From Nymphaea colorata (taxonomy: Eukaryota), in contig NC_045138.2 of the NCBI RefSeq assembly GCF_008831285.2, forward strand, positions 3,844,001-3,908,000: 64,000 nucleotides of DNA, given 5' to 3'. This document shows positions 1 to 12,300 of the stretch, piece after piece. The position numbers were made by a program, and so were the translations under genes. The first letter of the stretch is position 1. Each line of letters opens with the position of its first letter. The notes below the pieces were generated by a model. It saw only the letters and a program-made list of their open reading frames with translations. It did no database searches and was not told where the DNA came from.

Positions 1-219
1 CCTGTCTGAGTAACCAGCACCCGTCTGGCACGACCAAGACTAGTAGTTGACATAGCTGAGAAACCAACTGAAGCCACTTATATTTGAATCCATTTTTAAA
101 ATTATTCACGAATCGCAATTGAACCCGATCTGAAAACCATTTTTAAATTAACAACCAAACCTACTTAAAATAATGATATGTCAAGGGTGGTTACATGGAT
201 GTTTTTTTAATGTACTTAA

Positions 220-1613
220 GGGGCCGTTTGATGGCCTGGAAATCAGAAATTGGAAATATATTTATGAAAATATATTTTCTGGAAAAATGGAATGGGAAAA
301 ATCTTTTCGATTTTCATTTTGATGTGTGTACGATGATTGAGAAATATATTTTCAAAAATATATTTTTGTGTTTGATGATAAAGGATCTTCTCAAAAACGT
401 TCAAGCTAAGGCGCAGAAGGCTTCCCAAGCCCCACGACTAAATCAACAAGATGAAAAACAAAAGCGCTAGAGTATTGATCTTACGCACCGGAGCAGGCGA
501 GTGTGAGGGAGACGACGAGGACGAATGTGAGCGAGCAACGGCTGCGGCTGGAACTCGCAGCAGGAAGGAAGGGGCAGAACGTGAGCGAGCAGCGGCTGCA
601 GCTGGGTGAGGAACTTGCGGTAGGAAGGAAGAGGCAGAACACGAGTGAGCGGCTGGGTGAGGAACTCGCAGCAGGAAGGAAGAGGCAGAACATGAGCGAG
701 CGGCTGGGTGAGGAACTCGCGGCAGGAAGAAAGGGGCAGAACGTGAGCGAGCAGCGGCTGCAGTTGGGTGAGGAACTCGCGGCAGGAAGGAAGAGGCAGA
801 ACGCGAGCGAGCGGCTGGGTGAGGAACTCGCGGCAGGAAGAAAGGGGCAAAACGTGAGCGAGCAGCGGCTGCAGCTGGGTGAGGAACTCGCGGCAGGAAG
901 AAAGGGGCAGAACGTGAGCGAGTAGCGGCTGCAGCTGGGTGAGGAACTCGCGGCAGGAAGGAAGAGGTAGAACGCGAGCGAGCGGCTGGGTGAGGAACTC
1001 GCGGCAGGAAGAAAGAGGCAGAACGTGAGCGAGTAGCGGCTGCAGCTGGGTGAGGAACTCACGGCAGGAAGGAAGAGGCAGAACACGAGCGAGCGGCTGG
1101 GTGAGGAACTCGCGGCAGGAAGAAAGGGGCAGAACGTGAGCGAGCAGCGGCTGCAGTTGGATGAGGAACTCGCGGCAGGAAGGAAGAGGCAGAATGCGAG
1201 CGAGAACTCGCGAACAGGAAGAAAGGGGCAGAACGTGAGCGAGCAGCGGCTGCAGCTGGGTAAGGAACTCGCGACAGGAAGGAAGAGGCAGAACGTGAGC
1301 GAGCGGCTGAGTGAGGAACTCCCGGCAGGGAAGAAGAGGCAGAACGCGAGCGAGCAGTGGCTGTGGTTGGGTGAGGAACTCGCGGCAGGAAGGAAAAGGC
1401 AGAACGCGAGCGAGCGAGCCCTAACGGGCCAAAAGAAAATTCCGGAAATATGTTTCCACCCCTCCCGGTAGAAACATATTTCCAGAAATATGTTTCCGGA
1501 ATCGACCTAAACGGTCGAAAAAATATTTCTGCGTTTGTTACGCTGGAAATATTTTAAAAATAAAAAAAATGTTTCTGGTTCCACAAGGAAATTTCCACCC
1601 ATCAAACGCCCCC
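220..1613. mobile_element. Non-autonomous PIF/Harbinger (Tourist-like) element carrying a GC-rich minisatellite
   Basis: TIRs GGGGCCGTTTGATGG (220-234) and CCATCAAACGCCCCC (1599-1613) match 14/15. TAA target-site duplication at 217-219 and 1614-1616. No transposase ORF. Confidence 0.8.
523..1417. repeat. Minisatellite with 60-bp and 51-bp unit variants, about 16 units
   Basis: Long unit gaacgtgagcgagcagcggctgcagctgggtgaggaactcgcggcaggaaggaagaggca. The short unit lacks 9 bp. This array explains the repetitive ORFs 467-850, 481-1086, 503-925 and 1136-1471. Confidence 0.95.
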
Positions 1614-2663
1614 TAAGAGAAATCGCCTTTGGCATGAGGTCATATATTTATGCCTCCAAGGTTCTATCTTGCTTTTAAGTTCGAGTTGCCACACAGTATA
1701 CCTTTCAATTTAAATGTTGAAGTATTTACCATCATTTGCAATTTAAAAGAATAACACACCAGAATAAGACAGTAGCTACATATTTGAACCTCTAACCTCT
1801 TGAATGTTACCCGTGAGGCAAGTGATATGAATATTAAATATAAGAAATTTTGTCTGGCATTCAATCATATAATTTTTTAAAACTCCAGTCGAATATCATT
1901 TTTTAAAATTGAATCAAACCCATATTTTGACAAGTGATGCTCTTCTTTTGGGGTCTTATAAGTCTATCCGCAATTGACATGCATTCTAATGAACATCGAT
2001 AAACTTTGCCCTGCCTTTTATCAAAATCTTTTGTCACACTGGAAGTTGAATTTATCAATTTCAACTAATTTGCTCTCAAGACAATGGCACGAGTGACCAT
2101 TATCATTGGGATGACATCCTTATCCTTCATTGGCACATGACGGTTGTGGTTGTGCTGCCTCATGTCCCATCACCTTGTGGTCATCCAGAATCCCAGATAC
2201 TTGAACAAGACACTAGAAACTCTTTGAAACTCGAATTCCATGAACAGAATTGATGCATGACTTTTAAGCTTCAACATAAAAATTTACCAGATTATTTGGC
2301 TCGTAAATTTTCCAGAATGACAAAAGGGTGTCGTGAAATGTTTGAACTGACCAAGAAAATTAATTTCAACTGAAATTTCTATATATATTTGTAAATTAAT
2401 CAGGATAAAGTGAAATTTCATAAACTTGAAAGGAGCATAAAATGGTTACATTCAAGCATCACCCATATGCTTATGCATATATTTTATTGATTGATCAGCA
2501 TGTACATTGTTGTCATATTTAGAGTTATTTCTCTCGAGTATATAAGATCTAAGCAAGGAGCTTTTTCCATTTCTAGATTCAAGATTCAGGAATTACAGTT
2601 GATCATATGATGTGTGAAACAAAATTGTGGAATTTCATAAGCTTGTGATAAGTATGCATATTA

Positions 2664-3215
2664 CATACTACAAAAACGTATTGTATACGTCAAGGAGGAG
2701 CGAGCTCGAAGTCGTTTCATTCTGCCAGGAATGCCAGGAAGGCCCATCCAAGCATCGGATAGAACCGATCCACATGCCCAGCGATCCAAACGTCAAGTGA
2801 TTCCTTCCTATTCTCTCTTGTTTCAGCGCCGGTCGAATATTTATAGTTACAGAAAACACGTTTTTTTTGAAAAAAACGTGATCAATTAACTGGCTGTTTA
2901 AAACTTTTAAAAAAGCGTTTTCTTTTTGAAAAAACCGTTAAAAATGAAAAACACCAACATCTTTTTCAGTTTTTTCATTTTTTCAGTTTTTTTAATGTCA
3001 AACATTTTTTTTCATTTTCTATTTTTTATTTGTTGCAAATCTACTTATCTTTTGATGTTTATATTATTAGTTTTTCACTTATTTTATTTTTATCTATTTT
3101 TAGTTTTTTAAAATTTTTAACAATTTACTATATTTTTCTCATTTTTTCAAGCTCACCGTATTATACCCGAAAAATACCTCACCGTTTAAAACTCCAAGTC
3201 ATTATTTGTGACTAT
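2664..3215. mobile_element. Degenerate hAT-type MITE
   Basis: Ends catactacaaaa...tttgtgactatg. The interior is an inverted match to the MITE at 52857-53274 (both translate as MLQI(Y)LSFDVY in the ORF track). Confidence 0.6.
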
Positions 3216-3357
3216 GCATCTAACACATAGAACACCCTTACAAATGAGAAAATAAATCTCTATTAAGGTTGCAGTCAGGTCTGCACGTATTTATCTGATT
3301 ACAAGACATGCACTAAACAAGAGAAACTGGTGGTCTTTTTACCATAAAGTCATAAAC

Positions 3358-3741
3358 CATTGTCACAGATATCGTTCTCGGGTTTTTGGCAAAGTTGTAT
3401 TTTTTAGGAAAATTTCGAAAAAAAATTGGAAAATTTTTAAAAATAAAAGAAATTAGGTATAAATGAAATAAATGAGAAACTAACAGGAAAACATAAATCA
3501 AACTATATAAAAATGGTAAAAGGAATACTTTAATGATAATAAAAATCATGAAAATAATTTATTTTAAGTTTATATTTGAATCCATGATAATATCAATGGT
3601 AGAAAATGGAAAAAATCATGAAAAAATCACGATAATAACACGATAAATATTTTTTCCTCATTTTTTTGAATGTAGCGATTTTTTTCCCTTTTTTTGTTTT
3701 CTTATTTTGGCATGAAAAACTGTTCTATTCTTGTTGACATG
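3358..3741. mobile_element. Degenerate hAT-type MITE
   Basis: Begins cattgtcacagatatcg like the 19736 element, has an AT-rich body and a degenerate right end (ttgttgacatg). Confidence 0.45.
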
Positions 3742-3959
3742 ACATATTAACAGTACATTTCCAGCTTGTTTACATATTGGAAAACAATGCTGCTTTGTTC
3801 TAGTTGATACCTTAGTTTGATACACAAAAGAAAACACCTCATTCTTGTTTACATATTGGACACAATGTTTGCATTTCTTATAGACTATTTCAGTTATAGA
3901 CCTTATAGACTATTTCATTGGAATCATTTCAAACAAAAATCATATCAAATCAGTACATA

Positions 3960-5330
3960 TAATATACATTGCAAGTTTCCAACAGATTGTATATAGTATA
4001 CATACTCAATATTGGAAGAGCATCTTAGAATCCTTATAAAGCTGATATAAAGAAACCTTGCCACTAAATACCTAGGTCTTCCAATTTTGGTGGGAAAATT
4101 GAAGTCACACTGAAGTAGATGTTCTTTGGACAAAGGTTTAGGGGAAGTTAGGTAACTGGAGCAGAAATTTTTTATCTCTGGCTGCTTAGTCATTTCTGAT
4201 CAAGAGTATGCATACTCTAAGATGTATGCCTTTCATCTTTCAAATAGCATCATGCGAAGGATGGAGAGATCATGTCTAATTTTTTGTGGCACGAGGATAC
4301 CTTGAGCCTTAGACACCTTATTGTTTGGAGAAAGATCCTCGATCCTCATCAGGAAGGTGGTCCGTGAGTGATGCCTTTGAGGGAAACGAGCTCGTTAGCA
4401 TGAAAATCATGAAAGAGATCAAGTAACCCATGGGTAAGGGTAGAGGTTTTTCATGTTAAATGTATAAAAGAAAATTTACCTTTGGTCTGCCTCTATGTAT
4501 TTCATTGGCTCCCATGGTTGGTGCAGCATTGGACAAGAGCTAAGCTATTATCGATAGCATAGAGTGGAAGGTTCACATTGATAACAGAAGTCGGGTTTGA
4601 CCTTTGGGCAAAAGGAGCTACAAGGGGTCTTCAGTCTTCACCTCATTCCTGTCAGCTAAGTCATCAATCAGTCTTATGGGCTTTAATGTGAATGGCAATG
4701 TGACTTGTTGGATGTCCTTTCTTTTATCATCCAACCAGTTGAAGCAATTCCTTGGGATCATGAGGATGACTTAATGGCTTGGTGAGGAAATAAGGAACCT
4801 TCATGTGCTGAAGTCGGAGAATGAACGGCATGCTAAACCCCAAATATGCTCCCTCTAGGCTGGTCTGATATGGTTTCTTCTATCCTTTGAGGATGTTGTT
4901 CCTTTACTTTGCCATGCAAGATCAACTTCTAATGAAGGAGAGATAGGAAACACTTGGATCAACGGCCGTTTAGCAGATGGCCTAACTGCAAGCCAGCAAT
5001 CAAAACTACTTCATGTCTAATTAGCCTTTGGAACCATATGAGATACCTATCTGATGTGTCCATTAATTTTTTGTGGCCCACTAGAAGAGATGGCAGGAGA
5101 CAGGTGCAAGTTAAGTTGAGATATATAGAAGCTTATAGAAGATAGATCTAGCATTCCAAACTACAATTGGTTCTGTGGAGGCTTAGAAATGAACACATGC
5201 TTCTGAATTTGGAAAAGTGGCATCCTTGTAATAAGAGATATCATTTTTCCTGTTTAAGGAAAAGCATAAATTGCATCAGTAGAGGATGGAAAACTCATAA
5301 TGGGTGGGCACTCCAGCAAAGGGGTAGATC
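3960..5330 (+). mobile_element. Highly degenerate L1-type LINE, post-RT C-terminal part of ORF2
   Basis: Frameshifted motifs TKYLGLPILVGKL (~4063-4101), GKLGNWSRNF, FLW and IVWRKILDPHQEGG (~4320-4361), plus LWRLRNE (~5172). These resemble plant L1 motifs YLGLP, W..K.LS, FLW, W..IC.PK.EGGLG and W..RN. Confidence 0.65.
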
Positions 5331-5734
5331 AAAGTTTTAACAGTCTACATTTTCAGTGGTCATGGAGGATCTGTTACACTGTAAAAGATTATTTTGGTTC
5401 CTCTATTTGAGCTGGTTGGGAAGCCATTTTGATGATTAAACAGACTCATCAGCCCCATAGTTATTTTGAGTTAAGTAGGGTGAGCTTCTATCTTGTTTTA
5501 GATTCATGCTTTTCATGGACAGATTAATGGAAACATTTCATGAGAAGATATTATTTTCAGTTTTGACAGAGTTACAGATTATCTTTTAGGAAGATAAGCA
5601 TGCATGGGTTATACTCTTGCTATGTCCAATCATATACCTCTCTCCCATTCTGCTGGAAGGATACACAACCTCCTTTATGTTGTCCTCCAGCTGAGGGACT
5701 TTTTTTGTAGTCTGATTAGATTGTATTTGTACAG

Positions 5735-6468
5735 ATGAGTCTTTAATGAATGGCCATGAGTCTGTCATTAAGGAAAAGAAGGTCATTCTTAAGCGTTTTG
5801 GCTTTTATCTGGCCTTGTTACCAGTTTATATGATATTTGTTTAGAAGATGCCATTTTGTGTTTAACCTTACAAGTGTTCTTATTATCGCAGCATTTACTT
5901 GTCTGAGAGTTCTCTTTCCATCATTTAAATGCAAACTTGCTTTGGCCTGACAGCTTATCATATTGGTTCAACATGGTACTTACTTGAATGGTCGCCGTAT
6001 CATTGAGATAGGAAGGTTTGCTCCTGTTTGACAGCTGAATTTATTTTTATGTTTCAATTGCCTGGACAATGCAGTGTCCTGTTTTCTGCCCTTAGTTTAT
6101 GATTCATCTGTGTTGCCAACTTTGTTCATAATGTCTATGATTGACCATGAAAAATGCTTTGGAAATTGGTGTACATATGGGCAGGTTCAGTTCCAAATTG
6201 GAACACCTACTTCCACCTTGCTTTCAGGCTCTACTTTCATTGTTTATGCAGGAGTAGTGAGGCTTGAGCTTTTTTTCTGGAATAACTCATTACTCCATTG
6301 CAATTTGGAGATGTATAGTGGGTCAGTTTACTGGTTACACGTGGGTGCTTTGACATTTATAAGACGGCTTTTTGTTCGTTCTATGTTATGCAGTTACAGC
6401 AGCACTGGAGCGACGGCTACCTTTTTGACAAAATTGCTTCAAGTGAATATCACAACTTCAGATTTTGA
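5735..6468 (+). other. Possible 3' exons of an unidentified spliced gene
   Basis: AG/GT-bounded candidate exons 5735-5781, 5954-5975, 6185-6256 and 6394 onward join into a stop-free chain (DESLMNGHESVIKEKKLIILVQHGSVPNWNTYFHLAFRLYFHCLCRSITAALERRLPF*). No homology recognised. Confidence 0.25.
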
Positions 6469-7517
6469 TAATGGGGGTATTGAAGAAAATATCACCCATA
6501 ACTAGAGCTAATGGTCTTCCTGTATTGCCACATAGACGACGTATGCATTTCTTCCCTGACAGTGCTATTCCTTCTTGGCATTGAACTGATTGCTGTGGGG
6601 GTGAAACCGTAGTGACATGAATTTTTTTGGTCGCATCCAGGAGATGCTTAAATGTTTTTGTCTGTGAAAAAACATTGTCTACTGTTTTGAGTATTGGCGT
6701 ATGTAATTGATGTATTTCATGCATCTTGTCTTCCTAATGTTTTTATTAGATTCATGGGGAGGTAGAATTCCCTGTGAAGAGCCAAACTGGGGCTTGATCA
6801 TTGCGAATGGCATACTACTCGATTTACCATTAAGTGATCTTTCTGCATCATTTAAGTTATTTTTAAGTTGCTCTATTGCGACATTTGCTGCAGGTTGTAA
6901 AGCAATACCCCAATTTGGTAAAGAAGCTATCACTTCTTAAATCATACAAACCAAAGAATGACAAAGCTTCAGGTAATCCTCAATTGCAAGTTAAAAAATA
7001 TGAAGGTTGACCAAGTTTATGAATCAAATGTGCTGCATGTTGCAGGTACAGAAGTCCAACTGCCAAAGCCATCATTCTTGATGAGTTGAAAACGCAGGAT
7101 TGGGAGGGAAAATGAGTCAATTGTTTTTTTCAGGCTGTGAAGCTTGTGGGTTAAGGGTAGAGCATCTTGGTTCTCGCATTTATTGCATTAGCCCCACTTA
7201 TTGTTGTTAAACTGAGCAGTGCATACATCCAGAAAGTAGCTGTTGAACGTCAAACCAGCTATCTGGACCACACAATTGAGAGTGACTTGTGTTTGAAACA
7301 TCATATGTGCAGACAGTTTTGTTATTATTGTTGATATGGAAAAAATGGATACAAATAGGAACCTGTTTAATCAATTCTGGGGTACACCAATTGAAGGCAC
7401 ATGCAAAAAATTTTACTTGGAACAGAGAAACAGCATAAAATTGATGGGTATTCCATTCCAAGCTTGCGAGTCCCTTTAATAACTATTATTGTAACCATGT
7501 AATTAAAAGGAGTCCCA

Positions 7518-7715
7518 TCAGTTGGTTGACAATGATTTCCTTAGCTGAAGTAGCCATGAAGCAATATGCAGAGTGAGTAATCGAACTTCCAACAGGATCT
7601 CCTCTAGTACGATGCCTACTCTTGACAAAAAGGACTTGTTTAGTAGCATCTTTGTCTCAATAACGACTGATGATGATACTCTTCCAATAATCAAAAACGT
7701 ATCAAGAGACGACCC
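7518..7715 (-). CDS. ABC1K15: ABC1K terminal exon 12 ([11 protein letters not shown]...LRKSLSTN*)
   Basis: Within ORF 7518-7727, TGA at 7520-7518. The exact acceptor is uncertain (7715 versus 7721). Confidence 0.8.
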   Translation of the reverse strand, partial: GSSLDTFLIIGRVSSSVVIETKMLLNKSFLSRVGIVLEEILLEVRLLTLHIASWLLQLRKSLSTN

Positions 7716-9256
7716 CTGCAACCACAATGTCCTGCAGAGGTCACAAATGATTGCCCAAGGTAAAGCATTCTCTACATGTAAAATGAAAATTATCTACTGC
7801 ACAAGCCAAGGACCTGAATCATTACGCGTTTTGCAAGTCACATCTACAACCTGTATTTTTCAATTTTCCAAGCTGTCTCACTAACCATATAGACTGTTCG
7901 ATAAGATTGTTCGAACTTTATTTGGTCTTTTACTACCTTTCACTATAGAATGTTCACTTGATTATCACCCTTATTTTGCTCTTATGCTAGACAAGAAACA
8001 TTGTGTTATAAATACCACATATGATACTTTGATGTGCTGTTTTCACAAGAAATAAAGCTTTGTTCTAGAAAAATATTGGAAGGGATGAATGTTTCCAAGA
8101 TGAATCTGTTTCCATCTTCCCACCGTGAACTTAGAAACTTCATTCCCCTGTTGCGGACTTTTTGTGAAAAAGCAGCTATCTGATCCTCCCTTTTCACGAG
8201 TGGTTCATTAACATCTTGAATTCCTGCTCAATGGGGTGAATGAATTTCACGTACATTTATTGAACAATTTATTCTGTTCTACTTGCATTCAAGGTCATGA
8301 TCACCAGAAGGCTAGTTCCAATTTCATTGCCAGAATATATTCCCGATCTTAAAAAGAAAAATAAAGTTGCTAGTCTTTAATTTATTTTACTAATTACCTA
8401 TTACCTAATTTTCAGGATTTGTTACTATGCTCTGTCTTGCCTTTTTCTCATTATTCTACAGGCTATAAGTTAACACTTAATCACAAGAAAAATGATAAAT
8501 ACCTAAACATTTTCAAAAAATTAAAATATCCAAAAAATCTAAACGTGACGGTGCATTGGCACGGTCAACATTTTAAGGTCCCAAACATACTGGACTTTCA
8601 TCGGCAGTAAATATTCCTGAAAAAACGTGCAACCTTTCCAGTCAAGAAGTGTGAATGTTGAAATTATAACATATATAGCACCACAATTCAAGTTTAGAAA
8701 CAATAAAAGCCATGCATACCAGAGAATGGTTGACAGATCGCAGGCAGTCATTAGTCTTGAGCATTAATAGAATTACACGTGGGAGTCTCCTTAAGAGCTC
8801 TGATATCTGAACAAAATACTGTGACGCATACATCTGCATAAACAACTAGATTGTTGTCATGGATACCAAGATTAGAGACATAATGATACTCGAATATCAA
8901 AAGTGCATTGCAAGAAGCCCTGATTTATACCACACAAGCCAAAAAATGCAGGAACGAAAGGACAGAGAAACCTAGTCAACAGAGCTTTTTCTTTGTTAGA
9001 CTAAAAATTGTCGGAAATATGAACAATACATATCATGTGAACTGATTCAAGAAAAAAAAAATCTAACAATTAGCATACATAAACTTTGTGAATGATGTGT
9101 GTGTGTGATGTCACTCTGACTCTGTATGTGCAGTTTAGTTCAGATCTCGCAATCCACATTCTCTTTATCCAACTTGGTGGCATACATGTATTCAGCATAA
9201 GACATTTTCTTGAGTCTACAAACTTTGATGCACTTAAGGATATTGATTTTTCAATC

Positions 9257-9305
<49 letters not shown>

Positions 9306-12300
9306 ATGATGAAAGAGAGAGAGGGAATGAAAAAACTCAATTAACTTTACCCTAATCTCAGATTTAAAAGAGATTAGTACTGGTGGTAACAGTAATTACA
9401 CTATCAGTCCAAACGAGATAAGATAATTTTAAAAAGACACACTTCAACTTCCTAATATTACAGAAAGTCTCTAACCAACAGTTAAAGATATTTAACACTT
9501 TCCTTCAAGCTGGCTGAAGCATAGATATCAACCATGCTCAGTTTGTTACATCCTCTCAAGAAGTCCTATAGGAAAACCCTTGGTAAAAATATCAGCTGCC
9601 TGATCTTTATATGAGACATGAATAGTACTAATAACTCCTTGTACTAAGTCCCAAACATAATAACAATCCACTTCAATGTGTTGCATCCTTTCATGGAAAA
9701 CGGGATTGTTTGCAATATAGGTGACTGCCCTATTATCACAATACATCTTCATTGGGAGATTCATTGACAAGCCCAAATCTAAAAGCACTGATCTGACCCA
9801 TGACATTTCAACTGCAGTTTGAGTCATAAGCCTATATTCAGACTCAACACTAATCAGACAACCACATTCTACTTCTTGCTCCTCCAAGAAATATAATTAC
9901 CTCCAACAAAGATACAAAAACCTGTAGTAGACATTCTATCATCCACAAATCCTGCATAATCAGCATCACTATATGCTTCTATGTCAATACATTCTCCCTT
10001 TTTGAACCATAACCATTTCCCCGGGGCTTATTTTGAGTATCTCACCACCATCAATGCAGCCTCCTAATGAACCTCTCGGGGTTTTTCCATGAATTGACTT
10101 AGCTTATTCAAAGCAAAGCTAATGTCAGACTGAGTGACAGTCAAATATAAGAGTTTCCCTATCAGAGATCTGTATGATCTAGAGTCGACAGTCTCTAATT
10201 CATCATCATGAATATGAACTCGAGGATTCATAGGAAGTGTGGTAGGTTTGGCTCCCAATAAACCTGTTTCCTGCAAAAGATCAAGAACTTATTTTCTTCA
10301 AGAGCATAGTTCTTCCTACGACCAACCACAGATATCATGAACATCCTAGACCAAATTTCATAATTTAAACCATTAAGTTTGATCGTGGTTCCATAAGAGA
10401 AGGAGTTTCCAGGCATCTTGTATCCATTAGAACCTTCGGATTTACTACCATCAGCCATAATAAATTTTCCAAAAAAAAAAAAAAGAAATCATCTAATGTA
10501 CAATATATGTGTGTATAAGATGCAACAGTCAATCATAACAGTGAAATGTATCTCTACTACGAAAATCATAAGAATATCACAAACTGGGTAACAAAGATGA
10601 ATCCATAAATCCCGTGACCTGACCAATTCTGAACAGTAGAAACAGAGAAGACAACCGATGACTACTACTACTCCCAAGTTCAATTAGTCCACATACAACT
10701 ATCAATTGGGTACCTGATGACTGTTATACTCCTCCACAATGCACGACATAGGTTGTTCCACCCAAAACTACTCCAAACAGCATCCACGACCAGGTTTCAT
10801 ACCCACGATCACAGATCAATTTTGCTCCACATGATCCACTTGAGGATCTGATCACACTTTCCATATAGGCTTGATCAGTGTTAAGATTGTATGATTTGGA
10901 TCGGGTCAACCAGACCCGACTTATCTTCTCCACACGCCCAATCATAATAGGCGGTGGCATACTTGTAATTTTTAACATTGTTTTGTGCACTTTGTTGCAG
11001 TGTTGTATGTATCGTACGATACGACCCCGTATCGTACGATACGTATCGTCTCGTTTGAAAAAAACGGTACGATACACCCCTCGTATCGTAAAAAGAGGGT
11101 GTATCGGCCCTGTATCGCACGTATCGTGCGATACGGGCTAAAAACGCAAAAGGGGGTCCGAGACCTACTTATTCGGCTTCTTTTTGAAATTTTTCTTCCG
11201 TTCTTCATTTCTAACGCTTGGATAGTGCCGTGAGGGAGGGCGATCGTTCATTTTCACCGTGAAAAACTTGATTTTCATCGTCAAATCGAAGATTAAAGGG
11301 TCGATTTGTGCGTGGGTGCTTGATTTTTGTGGGAAGGAAAGGGGTTTTCTTCATTTCAGACATTTCTTCTTCGTAAGGTATGAAATCTCATGTTCTTACC
11401 ATGTATTCTTAATTTTTTACCGTATAATCGTAGATTGGAAGACTTTGAGTGTTTTTCATTAAGTTTACCATATGATTTCGTTTTTTTTTTTTTGAAGATA
11501 TGGATCCTACATGGCAATGGTGCGAAAGGATGAAGGAGAATAACCGCTTGAAACTTAAATGTGGCTTCTGTGGGAATACATTTTCAGGAGGGATTATTAG
11601 AATGAAACACCATTTGGCAGAGACCTCCAAAGATGTGTCTCAAGGTGTTGGGAGGACCAAACAAACCTTTGCCTCAATTTGTGCGTCAACAATGTTTAGA
11701 TATGCTTCATACTTTTCGTCAAAAGAGAATACAAAAAGAAATTGAAGATGCAGATGTAGGCTATAATGTGCCTTTGGAAGATGAAGAAGAAGAGGAAAAA
11801 GCTTATGAATGTGATGATGAAGACGATAGCAGTCTACGAACAAATTTGGAGACCTCAAGAGGTAGAGATTTTAGAGGAAAAGGGATTATGTATGAAGGAG
11901 GTCGATCTGGCATAACGGGAAGGAAGAGAAGAGGCACAACAGATATTAGGGCCAGGCGTGGTATGCGACCACCTAGTGGTAGAGTTCCTACTGGTAGGTC
12001 TAGTGTTGGCTCTATTAAGAGTTTTTTCCCTTCATATACCAGCCCAAGTGCTCAGCCGCAGATTCGTGCTGCTATGACATCTAAAGATATGTTATATCAT
12101 GCACAAAAGCAGGTAAGGAAATGGTTTTATGATGCATGTATTCCATTTAATGCAGTTAATCTTTTCAATTCCAAGCCATGGCAGATGCAATTGCTTCTAT
12201 AGGCCCCAGATTCAAAATGCCATTATATCATCAGTTGAGGGGCAAAATTCTTCAGGATACGGTCAAAGAAGTGTCTGAGCATTGCGATGAGTTGAAATTA

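Noticed and set aside
467..1471. Repeat-protein ORFs or a CRISPR-like array
   Set aside because: The units are contiguous with no unique spacers, lie inside a TIR element in a plant genome, and stay open only because unit lengths are multiples of 3.
10724..11233. Cluster of overlapping Arg/Tyr-rich ORFs
   Set aside because: Produced by the palindromic gtatcg/cgatac subterminal repeats of the hAT element.
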